Of a stretch of 64,000 nucleotides of DNA, positions 1 through 10,792 are shown in pieces; the first letter of the stretch is position 1; every line of letters begins with the position of its first letter. The DNA lies in contig OX337242.1 of NCBI GenBank assembly GCA_946965045.2, forward strand, positions 496,001 to 560,000, written 5' to 3'. The notes under the pieces are model-generated. The model saw nothing but the letters and a program-made list of their open reading frames with translations, had not been told where the DNA came from and searched no databases. The stretch is from Epithemia pelagica. Lineage: Eukaryota; Protista; Bacillariophyta. Made by a program: the position numbers and the translations under genes.

Positions 1-129
1 AGCCCGTCGACGGCCAGACTCAAGACGGTTAAAGGAGCGACTGCGTTTTATGAGTCCCGGAAAGACTGACGAACTTCATTTTTTTCATTCAACGACACAC
101 CATACCAAGATATACATTGTGTCTCAACA

Positions 130-2257
130 AAACACTGACGAACAAACTCAACAACGAGCAAGCAAAAAGAGCACAACTCAGACTGCGCAACAACGACCCC
201 AACGACGACGGAATGGGCGCATCGGCCACACCGCATCCATCATGGATGATACATCGGTATGCCTGCCACACTGTGACATACCATGGTTTCTTCACCGCTT
301 CGAAGAGCTTGGCAAACCCCTAGGAATTGTTTTAAACAAATTAAAAACGACCATCCTCACCTCCACCAAAGGACACTCCCCGTCCAACCTGGACGAAAAA
401 CAAACACACAGCCTCAATCAAGCACTATCGTTTCTGTCGCCCGATGACCCCTCAAAAGCAGAAATAACAAGCGGTGTGAGATTCCTTGGTCAACCAATCG
501 GATCCACTGCCTTTGCACGACAGTACATCAACAAAAAATTACAAGGCATGCAACACAAAATGAATTGCCTTCTCCAACTCGACGACCTCCAAACACAGCA
601 CAATCTCTTTAAATTTACGATGGTCTCAGCAATCCTGCACCTGCTACCGACCGATATCAACTTAGCATACAAGCAGACCAACCCAAGAACGACCCTCTGG
701 TCCAGTCCAACAACAACACAGACAGAACAACTGATCACAAATTTCCTGGCAAAACTCACCTCCCTACCAGAAAATGAAATCTCCACGTCCTCAGCACTCA
801 TCGCCACGATTCCACAACGACTGGGGGGACTCGGATACCAACAGGCAGCGGTGGCGGCCTATCCTCGTCTGCTGACACAAACAGCCCGGGCGATAGCTCT
901 GGCAACATCAACCGACACTCCAATCCCACTCGTTCACCAACGAGAACTGTCGAACTGGAAAGATAGTACCGACGAATATATGACAACCTTCCGTAAGACT
1001 CTGTCACTTTTCGCAAACGAATACGCAGAAGAGAGCTTATACGTACCAAAGAGGTATGATCACACAACACACAATCGCCTTTTGAACCACACTGTGCAAG
1101 AGCACACAATCCCAAAACTATTCACAGAAACCGACCCAAAGCAGCGAATCTTTTTGCCCGGCTTACTTTCGCCCCTCAGGAGTATGGCCCTCTCTCTTCC
1201 ACTAACCGCAACCAAATTCCGTTTCCAAAACAGTGTCTTCCGAACCGCCATCAAACGGAAATTGAGATTACCTTTGTTCGTCCGAGACCCCACACAATCC
1301 TGGCCCCAACGATGTCGCTGCTCAGCCACAAAAGCGATCGACCCAATGGGTGACCATCTGTACTCATGCACCTCTGCTTCCAAAACACCTCTATCCAATG
1401 CCATCAGAGACACACTCTACGACATTCTCCGCCAAATCGCTCCAGCAGCCGAAGCCGTCGACACTCCCCATGATGTCCACATCGAACCCCCAGGTTTGAC
1501 ACCACAACACCAAAGAAACATTAGACCAGCAGACGTCGGTATGCTCCTGTCCAAGCCGCACAAAAACTCACCGTTTCAATACGTCGCGATTGACATTACT
1601 ATCCCACCTCCCCAACAACCCCAAACCATTCTTGACCCGTCCGACCACAACACACTCGCCACTTTGGCATCTAGGACGCATCAAGAAGCGGCAAGGGCCA
1701 AGTTTTGCCGGGACCCCGAGACATCAAAACACCTTCTCCACAATGGCATATACCTTCTACCTTTTACGGTAGACCATCTTGGAGCGCTTGGTTCATTTGC
1801 CAACCGTCTCCTTTTTCCATCAATTTATCAACCACATCTGTTCTCAACGACACAACCACCCCCTTGGACCAACGCCTTCTTCGGAAAAGACGAAACAAGA
1901 AGCAAAGCACATCCTGACTCTTTCAAGAAGCGTCAGACGCACCAAGCAACCTCCTTACCGCCGCCAACAGCAAAACAAAAAAATTCTCCTACCCAGAAGC
2001 ACATATCTACTCAATCGGGCACTATGCAAAAGCCTCCCTTGGCCACGCAATCGTTTCGGCACTGGCAACCCATGCCAATAACAACATCGCCGCAATACGA
2101 CAACACCAAACAACACGAAAAACAAGAACCACTCAGTTGCAAAATCTGGCTACACCATGTTTTGCTCCGGTCACTCCCATCTACTCCCCCGCACCTCTGG
2201 CACAGTTCCTTAGTGTCACGGACGAAACACCCCTCCTTTGCGTACCCACCGCTTAGG
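130..2257 (+). mobile_element. 5'-truncated, frameshifted CRE-clade (restriction-like endonuclease) non-LTR retrotransposon; a short 3' tail probably resumes at about 8560-8609 after the copia insertion
   Basis: RT motifs IMDD, LGIVLNKLKT and FLGQPIG, then a CCHC knuckle (CRC-x11-H-x3-C) and RLE motifs RPADV and AIDITI. Two apparent 1-nt frameshifts (about 217 and about 1930). The alternative frame YAKASLGHAIVSALATHANNNIAAIR ends at TAG 2254-2256. The 5' boundary is approximate. Confidence 0.8.
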
Positions 2258-2521
2258 TGTTGAGGATATGTGACCAGGCGACGAGTAGCAGCAAGCAGAC
2301 GACGAGTAGCAGCGAGCAAGCAGCGACTCAAGAATGTGATTCGGAAGCAAAGGATCCAAACTTGAATGATGAACATGCCGAAGCGTGGACTTTAGTGCGT
2401 CGACGTGGCAAAAGCAACATTCGGCAAGATGAACAAGCAAGTGTTCATTCTAAGGAGATTACGTAGTTCGATAAGCCTATAAAGAGTTGCTTTTACGGCA
2501 CGGCTTGTTTGAGTTTCAACA
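2258..2521 (+). repeat. 5' LTR (264 bp)
   Basis: No differences from 8296-8559 seen by eye; 6-bp terminal inverted repeat TGTTGA/TCAACA. Confidence 0.97.
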
Positions 2522-2535
2522 TAATCTCCTTAGAA
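2522..2535 (+). promoter_or_regulatory. Primer-binding site, complementary to LTR positions 2448-2461 (candidate self-priming site)
   Basis: TAATCTCCTTAGAA abuts the 5' LTR. Its exact reverse complement TTCTAAGGAGATTA lies at 2448-2461. It lacks the TGG start expected for a tRNA 3'-CCA primer. Confidence 0.7.
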
Positions 2536-2582
2536 AGTAAAGCCTTATATCGTATCACAGACTGTGACGGGAACTACGGTAT

Positions 2583-3254
2583 ATGAGCGAGAGACGTGAA
2601 GCGCGTTGGCAAGATATATTGGCTCAATTGGCTCGGCTGACTCTCGAGGAACAAGAAGAGGTACACGCAATTGAAGAGCGCTTTCAACAAGAATACCGAA
2701 GAAGAGAAGCTCAACACCGTCAAACGGTGGCGGCACTTGAGCGTCAACGAGAAACGGATCGTGACAACGCATACGACGAGTGTGAGATTCGGAAGCAACT
2801 TGTGTTTGAAAAAGCTCAAGCAAAACGTGACAGCTTGTTGAGAGAAATCCAACACCTCGACGAGGACAAGACACCTGCCCCAGAACCCCGGTCAACTACA
2901 CCGGATCCACCGGAACCATCAAGACAGGCAACGCCCGAAACAGAGGTAAAACAGACAGCTGGGCCAAGATTCCAAAACAGTACGCCTCAATCTCAAACAA
3001 GTCATCCGGTGCAAGTCGCACAGCCTCCTTCAATCGCATCGCAAAGAAACAGCCCCATCAGGTGGATCCCAATTGGAACTAGAGTGTGGGTACTCAATCC
3101 CCTCAAATTGAAGAATCAAACCTCCACCACCCATCTTGAAGGAGTCATATCGAGACACGGTAGTTTCTACCATTTCATACGCATTTGGAATCCATCTACG
3201 GGGAAACACGAAGAACATCGTCGACACCGAGACAGCCTAGCTGTAGTCGAATAA
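2583..3254 (+). CDS. Extra ORF1 of the copia element (223 aa: coiled coil, Pro/Ser linker, small beta-rich C-terminal domain)
   Basis: Intact ATG-TAA ORF between the PBS and gag. Its stop is 1 nt before the gag ATG (TAAGATG). Confidence 0.75.
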   Translation: MSERREARWQDILAQLARLTLEEQEEVHAIEERFQQEYRRREAQHRQTVAALERQRETDRDNAYDECEIRKQLVFEKAQAKRDSLLREIQHLDEDKTPAPEPRSTTPDPPEPSRQATPETEVKQTAGPRFQNSTPQSQTSHPVQVAQPPSIASQRNSPIRWIPIGTRVWVLNPLKLKNQTSTTHLEGVISRHGSFYHFIRIWNPSTGKHEEHRRHRDSLAVVE

Positions 3255-3255
3255 G

Positions 3256-6200
3256 ATGTCGACTGGTGGGAACGGCCCTCGGCCGGATGGAGCAGAATCA
3301 AGCGGGGGACGAGGTAATCAAACGGGCGGTCGATCCAATGGAGGCAGAGGACGAGGAGGTCGTGGCAAAAACCAAGGCCAACAATCAAACACTCGCTTTC
3401 AGGGCCAAGAACCATCGCTGAAAGATTGCGTGTTTGATTATAGTGAAGATCCCCAGTCCAAGCGGTACCTACGCAACGTTGAGTTGTTAGTGGGCTACGT
3501 GGGGACATCATTTGACTACTACAACCTAGAGTATCAAAAGGCGCTGGAGAAATTGGAACTTAAAGATCCAGAGAAAGCAAAGGTTCCAGATGATCCCACA
3601 GACCCCATTCAGATGGAAGAATGGAAAATGGAGTACAAGGCGAGAAAGGATCAAGTGAAGGCCTATCGCAACTTTCGCGCTTCCTTGTTCAGTGTCATTC
3701 TAGGGCAATGCACGCCCCTCATGAAGGACAAGTTGCAAGCCAAACCAGAATATGAAGCGATCAACGATGAAAGGGACGGTGTGGCTCTACTCAAGTTGAT
3801 CAAACAAACAACCTTCACGTTTGATTCCGGCCGAATCTACAAGCTGGTCGGTCGCGACAAGTTGAAAGAAGAGTTTTATGGCTTGAAACGTAGAAACAAT
3901 CAAACCCTACACAGCTATTATGAAGTGTTTAGGGCAAAAGTGAAAGTTCTCAATGAGGTCGGTGTGGTGTTGTATGATAAAGATCTCGTGGAGATGATTG
4001 CCAAGAAAAATGGAAGGGACACTCCAGCATCTATAGATCGTGACGAAGCACAAGAGAGATGTGTGGCAATCCGATTCATTCGAACATGTGGCCATCGCGA
4101 GTACGAGGCCCATTTGCAAAACATGTTTTTGGACGGCCACAAAGATGTGTACCCTGCCACTTTGGCGGATGCAAGGGCAATTCTTGATAACCGCATGACA
4201 GGTAAACAGAAGCAACCGAATCAAAACCAACAAACTCCGACTGAGAATGCCACTGGCATGGCATACCATACACAAGAGTTGGACGACAGCAATGAAAGCC
4301 AAGCAGCGTCCACATTGACTGGTAACAGCCACATGACAACAAACTCACGACCAACCCAGAGTCGCAATGGGAGTGGCAACAATAGCCGAGGAAGAGAACA
4401 AGCGAGTACAGGCAACGGTCAATCACGAGGTCATGAATCAAATCAAACACAAACCAACAATAATGGTGAATTGAATGAGACCAATGAATCAACCGGCCTG
4501 CAGGATACGCATCGTGACTCACTTCAATATTCTTTTTCTGCTTCTTCTTCACAGGCTAGCATATCCCCAGAATGGCTACTCCTCGACAACCAATCGACTG
4601 TAGACATCATTCGAGACTCCACCCTCCTCAAGAATATTCACACGGCCGAGCGCCCAATCATGATCCAAAGTCACGCTGGGCGACGTCAAATTTCCAAACA
4701 AGGCCTACTCCCCGGATATGGCATCGTTTGGCATGACCCGAAAGGGCCGGCCAACATCATATCACTCAATAATGCACGCACAAGGTTCTCAATCAAGTAT
4801 GACAGCGAGAACGGGAACACATTCAATCTCTTCGACCGATCTTCAGGGCGACTCAAACACCAATTCCTGCCAAGTCAAGACGGTTTGTTCTATATGGATA
4901 CGTCAAGAATGCAGAGTAGTTTCATCACTACGGTTAATGATAATGAATCTGCTTATTCTCAAGACGAAGTCTATAGAGCTAAACTGGCACGATCATTAAT
5001 GGCCAAGATAGGTCGTCCATCCACACGTGATTTCGTACACATCATACGAAACAATCTGTTGCCGAACACAACGATCACTGTGGACGACGTCAAGAGGGCC
5101 GAGAAAATATACGGGCCAGACCTTGGAAGTCTCAAGGGCAAGACGACACGTCGTAAATCGCCTGTGGTTGACTCGTCACAGACCGTACCACCACGGATCA
5201 AAGAAGAACACAAGGATGTGACACTCACTGTGGATATTCTTCACGTCAACAACATTCCTTTCCTCGCAACGACGTCAAGGAAGTTGCATTTTGGGACTAT
5301 GGAAGCAATGGCCAATACCACCGACGATGATGTCATGAACTCGTTGCGCAGAGTGGTTGCGATCTATCGCAGAGGTGGCTTGCGCCCGCGGATGTTGCTC
5401 GCGGACGGAGCTTTCTGTTCCGAAAAGATGAAGACAGAGTTGCAATTGATCGGAGTATTGTTAAACCCAACCGCAAGAGATGAACATGTGGGAGACATTG
5501 AAAGGTACATACGTACAGTAAAAGAGTAAAAGAAAGAATGAGATGTGTTTATAACACCCTACCATTCAAAGAAATCCCGAAGGTCATGATCATTGAGATG
5601 GCCAAATTCGCTACCTTCTGGCTAAATAGTTTCCCTCATCGGTTGGGGATTTCACAATCAGAAAGCCCACGACTGCTCGTGACAGGAGAACAGGTCGACT
5701 TCAACAAGCACTGTCGCTTCGAATTTGGACAGTACGTCCAATGTCATGAAGAACATGACAACTCGATGGCGCCCAGGACCATAGGTGCTCTAGCATTGAG
5801 GCCTACTGGGAATCGTCAGGGTAGTTATTATTTTTTGAGTCTTGTCAGCGGACGAGTCATAACACGGAACCACGCCACAGCCCTACCGATGCCCCAAGAA
5901 GTGATCCAACGTGTGCACCAATTGGCTAGAGCCCAAAATATGCAACCAGGGTTAGCTTTCGGTAATAGAGATAATCGGATTTTGTGGATGGATCAAGACA
6001 ACGACCTTTACAACGAAGAAGACGATGAATCCTACATCAATGATGAACAGGAGGACATCGAGCTACGCTATGATGATGATATGATCGAATATGAACTGGT
6101 GGGTGCCGACAATCCTGAAGATGATGTCAACGGCGAACCTGCAATCAACCCGATGTTTGGTCCCGATGACCAACACATGGAAATGCAAGGAGTGGGTGAC

Positions 6201-8504
6201 CCACTAGCCGGAGAACTTGACCTGAACGGTCCGGAAATTGAAGGAGTGGAGGCAGATGGAGAACTGCCAATCCATCCTATGGCAGAAGATGATGGTAGTG
6301 CAGTCCCGGAGGAGGCAGTGATGGATGTGGAGGAGGATGTAGAGGAGAATGAGGGGGAGCTAGCCGGTGGAGAGGATATGGAAGAGGGACAAGACATACA
6401 AGACATTGACGCTAATGAAGGTACCGAAGATAACAGTGAGGCTGATCCGGTACGTCAGCATCATCAACATCAACAACAACAACATCAACAACAACAACAC
6501 AGGTACAATCTACGACCAAATCGTGAAAGGAGCTACGCGCACCGATATGGGCATTCGTTTGCCTGCATCGATACTCTAAAAGGAGGGCGTTATGATGGAA
6601 TCCTTCGGGATGGAGTGTTGTTTCTGGTAGCGAGTGAGGTGAATCAAGCCACACCGCAGATGCCTATGAAAAAGGGCATCAAACTGTTTGGAAACAAGGG
6701 AGTGGCCGCCGTGAAGGTGGAAATCCAACAATTGCATGATAGAGGAGTATTGAGGGCAGTACACAAAACTGACCTCAGCTGGAATGAGGTGCAACAAGCA
6801 CTAGGTTATCTAATGTTTTTGAAACGAAAACGGTGTGGCAAGATTAAAGGAAGAGGCTGTGCCGACGGACGCAAACAACGTGCGTACATAGAGAAGGAAG
6901 ATTCAGCTTCTCCTACCGTGGCCACCGATTCTGTATTCATTACTGCCGTCATTGATGCCCTAGAACGACGTGTGGTTGCTGTGGCAGACATCCCAGGTGC
7001 GTTTATGCACTCGGATATGGATCCTGGCGTCTACATGCGGCTTACTGGACTTATGGCTGAGCTACTCCTAGAAGTCGACCATGAAGCATATGCCCCATAT
7101 CTAACATATGAGAAGGGCGAGCCGGTTATATACGTGGAAATGTTGAAGGCTCTCTACGGGACGTTGCGTGCAGCTCGTCTCTTCTGGGAAAAATTGACCG
7201 TGGTGCTCAAAAGTTGGGGATTTCAAATCAACCCCTATGATTCCTGCGTTGCAAACAAAACAATCAACAACAAACAATGCACGGTAACTTGGCACATTGA
7301 CGATCTAAAAATATCGCATGTGGACGGTGCCGTTGTAACCAAATTTATTGAGGACCTCAAAGCAGAGTTCGGCCAATTGGGAGAAATCTCTGTGTCGGAA
7401 GGAACAAGGCACGACTATTTGGGCATGTTCTTGGACTATGGAGAGGATGGGGTAGTGCAGGTGGACATGAGGTCCTACCTGGACACCATTTTGATCTCGC
7501 TACCGAAAGAATGGATCGGTAAAGCACGATCACCCGCTGCTAAGCATTTATATCATACGGACCCGAACTCTCGAAAACTCAATGAGGAGGAGGCGGACCG
7601 ATTCCACAGTGTAACAATGCAGCTAGCGTACATGGCGCAAAGAGGACGCCCAGATATACGCACTGCTGTGGCCTTTTTGAGCACTCGTGTCATGAATCCA
7701 GACGTTGACGATCAGAGAAAACTCGGTCGGGTTCTCAAGTACCTACAATCAACCAAGGATCTGATCCTACGACTAGAGGGTGATGGATCTGGAACGCTCT
7801 GTTGGTGGGTGGATGCCTCCTTCGCTACTCACCCAGACATGAAAGGACAGACCGGCGGAGTAATGACTATGGGCAAGGGTGCCGTCATGACTGCCTCATC
7901 AAAACAAAAACTTGTGGCGCGAAGTTCAACCGAATGTGAATTGATAGGCGTGCACGACGTGCTGCCGTCGATGTTATGGAGCCAGAACTTTCTGAGAGCC
8001 CAAGGACATGAAGTAAAGAACGTTGTCCTGCACCAGGACAATCAGAGCAGTATCCTACTGGAACGAAACGGTCGGTTGTCGAGCTCGAAAAGAACCAAAC
8101 ACATCAATCTACGATATTTCTATATCACAGATTGCATTCGCCGAAAGGACGTGAATGTGCGTTTCTGCCCGACGGATGAGATGATCGCTGACTTCTTTAC
8201 TAAACCATTGCAGGGTCAAGCTTTTTATCGCCTGCGGGATATCATCATGAATGTGGTCCCGAGTAGTAAGTATCACTCCTCGGCCCAAAGGAGTGTGTTG
8301 AGGATATGTGACCAGGCGACGAGTAGCAGCAAGCAGACGACGAGTAGCAGCGAGCAAGCAGCGACTCAAGAATGTGATTCGGAAGCAAAGGATCCAAACT
8401 TGAATGATGAACATGCCGAAGCGTGGACTTTAGTGCGTCGACGTGGCAAAAGCAACATTCGGCAAGATGAACAAGCAAGTGTTCATTCTAAGGAGATTAC
8501 GTAG
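3256..8504 (+). pseudogene. Copia gag-pol polyprotein, interrupted by an 8-bp duplication in the integrase
   Basis: Protease LLDNQST; integrase VDILHV / LADGAF / DIERYIRTVKE; RT ADIPGAF, KALYG, WHIDDL; RNase H VDASFA, STECE, QDNQS, KHI. Removing one GTAAAAGA (5518-5533) fuses ORFs 3256-5529 and 5538-8504 in frame (RTVKERMRC). Confidence 0.9.
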
Positions 8505-8559
8505 TTCGATAAGCCTATAAAGAGTTGCTTTTACGGCACGGCTTGTTTGAGTTTCAACA
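8296..8559 (+). repeat. 3' LTR (264 bp)
   Basis: Identical to 2258-2521 and followed by the TSD TTAGG. Confidence 0.97.
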
Positions 8560-8733
8560 TTAGGAGTCCAATTGTTATAGACCGTAAAATAGCAAATAAA
8601 GATCAAAAACAGCGCTGCAACGACGACGACGACGACAACTACAATAGTCGTTGTCTCCAAAACCCACTGGTGGTGACCACAGCACAAGCGCAACGAACGC
8701 AGACTCTTGTGGTTTCGAGGTTCGGCACAGTCC

Positions 8734-10050
8734 ATGACTTCGCACGCACTCCACGACAGTCACGAAAACAAGAGGGACCCATCCTCACCACGGTACAAGA
8801 TTGCCATTGTCGGTGCGGGAGCCGTGGGTGCCTATTATGGGGCACGATTGTGGGAAGCCGGTCATGATGTGCAATTTTATTCACGATCATCCAGTGGTCG
8901 AACCGAACCGTTGTCGTCGTCTGCACCACCCACCGAGGAAACTGCGACCGACGCCACCAAGAACGACACCACTGTTGCTGCTGCTGGTGCCGAGTCGACG
9001 ACGATCCAACCACAAACCAATGCCAATGATTTGTGGATTGAATCGATTGCCGGAGACTTGGTTCTTCCCGCCTCGCAATGGCAATTGTTTGACGATACCA
9101 ACGACATGCAACCAGCCGATTGGATTCTCGTGGCACTCAAATCGCATTCTCTTTCCATTCTTCCCGACTTGATTTGGCCCCTCTTGTTGCCCCGACAAGA
9201 AACTAAACAAGAAAAAGAAGAACCGATGCAAGCACGAAAATTGTCTCGAATTTTGGTGCTCATGAATGGCTTGGTCGATCAAGCCATTGTCGAATTGCTC
9301 CACCAAAAAGAACAAGAGGAAAATCACAACAAAAATGACAGTCCTCCTCCTCCTCCTGCTACCAGCAATCCTACTGCCTCGTCCTTGTCCTGTTGCCACA
9401 CCTTGTACGGTGGCATGGCCTACATTGGTTCGGCACGGCTCCGCAAAGGTCACATTCATCACACGCATGGAGGACGATTGGCCATTGGTGTCGCCGCCAC
9501 CCACCACCATTCTCCTGACTCCACGTCCAAACAGAATCAACAGGACGAAAGCGAGGAGGAACGGGCCTTGCACGACTTGTTTCAAGGCACCAAAATTGCC
9601 GTCACGTTTGAATCCAATTTGCGGTTGGGACGATGGAAGAAAATGCTGGCCAATTTGCCCATGAATGGCATCACGGTAGCCATGGGAGGGCATATTACGG
9701 TGCAAGATGTATTTGGAGATCCGGGATTGCGGCAATTGGCGAAACATATTTTGGACGAAACGATTCAAACCGCCAATGCCGAACTGGAAGCCCTCTACGG
9801 CAAACCATCGTCATCGTCCTGGCAGCCCTTGGGAGAGTCGGACAAGCAACACATCCTCGACATTGGCGACAAGGTGGGACACTTTTATCCATCCACAACC
9901 TTGGACTTGCAGCATCGTCGTCCCATGGAAGTTCGATACCTGTTTCGGGAACCCTTGAACCATGCTCGCCAATTGAACATTTCCGTTCCATACTTGGAAT
10001 CCCTCGTGGCCATGATTGAAGGTCAGCAACGCAAATATCAACTCTACTAA
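8734..10050 (+). CDS. Ketopantoate reductase (PanE/ApbA family), no targeting peptide
   Basis: IAIVGAGAVGAYYG Rossmann motif, ALKS, LMNGL, WKKMLANLPMNG, ST-LD and MEV. The first ATG in the frame is at 8734. Confidence 0.85.
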   Translation: MTSHALHDSHENKRDPSSPRYKIAIVGAGAVGAYYGARLWEAGHDVQFYSRSSSGRTEPLSSSAPPTEETATDATKNDTTVAAAGAESTTIQPQTNANDLWIESIAGDLVLPASQWQLFDDTNDMQPADWILVALKSHSLSILPDLIWPLLLPRQETKQEKEEPMQARKLSRILVLMNGLVDQAIVELLHQKEQEENHNKNDSPPPPPATSNPTASSLSCCHTLYGGMAYIGSARLRKGHIHHTHGGRLAIGVAATHHHSPDSTSKQNQQDESEEERALHDLFQGTKIAVTFESNLRLGRWKKMLANLPMNGITVAMGGHITVQDVFGDPGLRQLAKHILDETIQTANAELEALYGKPSSSSWQPLGESDKQHILDIGDKVGHFYPSTTLDLQHRRPMEVRYLFREPLNHARQLNISVPYLESLVAMIEGQQRKYQLY

Positions 10051-10792
10051 ACATGCCTGACGGATGCTGCTGGAAGGACGATTTACGATTTTGCTCCCAC
10101 CGTCCACCAATGAAAAGGAAGCTTGCTGGTTCCGGAGGTTTATCGTGATCACCCAAATTCCAATGACAAGTTTGTGGTGATTTTGTGTCTGAGACTCACC
10201 ATACAAAGTCAAGGAAGCGTCGTGTTTCCACCCAGTTTGACAGAGATATGACATGGTTCAGTGCCAGAGAAGAAAACTCCGCGTTGAGATGTGCCCAAGA
10301 CTTGTATGTCTCACAAATCACAAACGCTGTCTGTCTAGAGCAATATCCCCATCGCCCGCTATTGATAGCACGATCTACAAGTTCCGTTCCCCGGATACCA
10401 GCACAGAAATGACCAGCGATGAGAAATGGTTCTTCTTTCTTAACTATGGAGAGTGTTTGGGAATGAGTCATCTTGATGTACCGAAGAGGATGAATCGGAT
10501 CGCTGTAGACTATACTACTCAATAGACATGAGACGTGGAAGTTCACTTGTTGGCTAACAACTAACAACAAATAATGTCCGCATATTCTGGTCCTGACCAT
10601 TCTCTAGGATCTGTAAGGCCGTTTTGATTTTGTTGACTGCCAAACATGCGTCATTGGTCACAAATACCACAAGAACGACAATCTTTTGATGTTTCTTGTG
10701 TTTTTGGAACTGACAAGAGCGCTTTTGGTTCAGCCTGTGCCGTGTGTTTGGGCTGGAGCTTACTCTTCAGTTCTACTAGAGAAGAGCAGTGT

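Larger units (their letters stand above)
2258..8559 (+). mobile_element. Full-length Ty1/copia LTR retrotransposon (diatom CoDi-like)
   Basis: LTRs run TGTTGA...TCAACA. The 5-bp TSD TTAGG is at 2253-2257 and 8560-8564. Domain order is gag-PR-IN-RT-RH. Purine-rich AAAGGAGTG precedes the 3' LTR. Confidence 0.97.

Noticed and set aside
2253-2257. TTAGG TSD as a sign of telomere targeting
   Set aside because: It is a single 5-mer with no telomeric array nearby, as expected by chance.
8887-9768. 293-aa antisense ORF, and similar ones at 14142-14918, 15506-16144 and 42762-43670
   Set aside because: Each lies opposite a well-supported gene and has no recognisable motifs.
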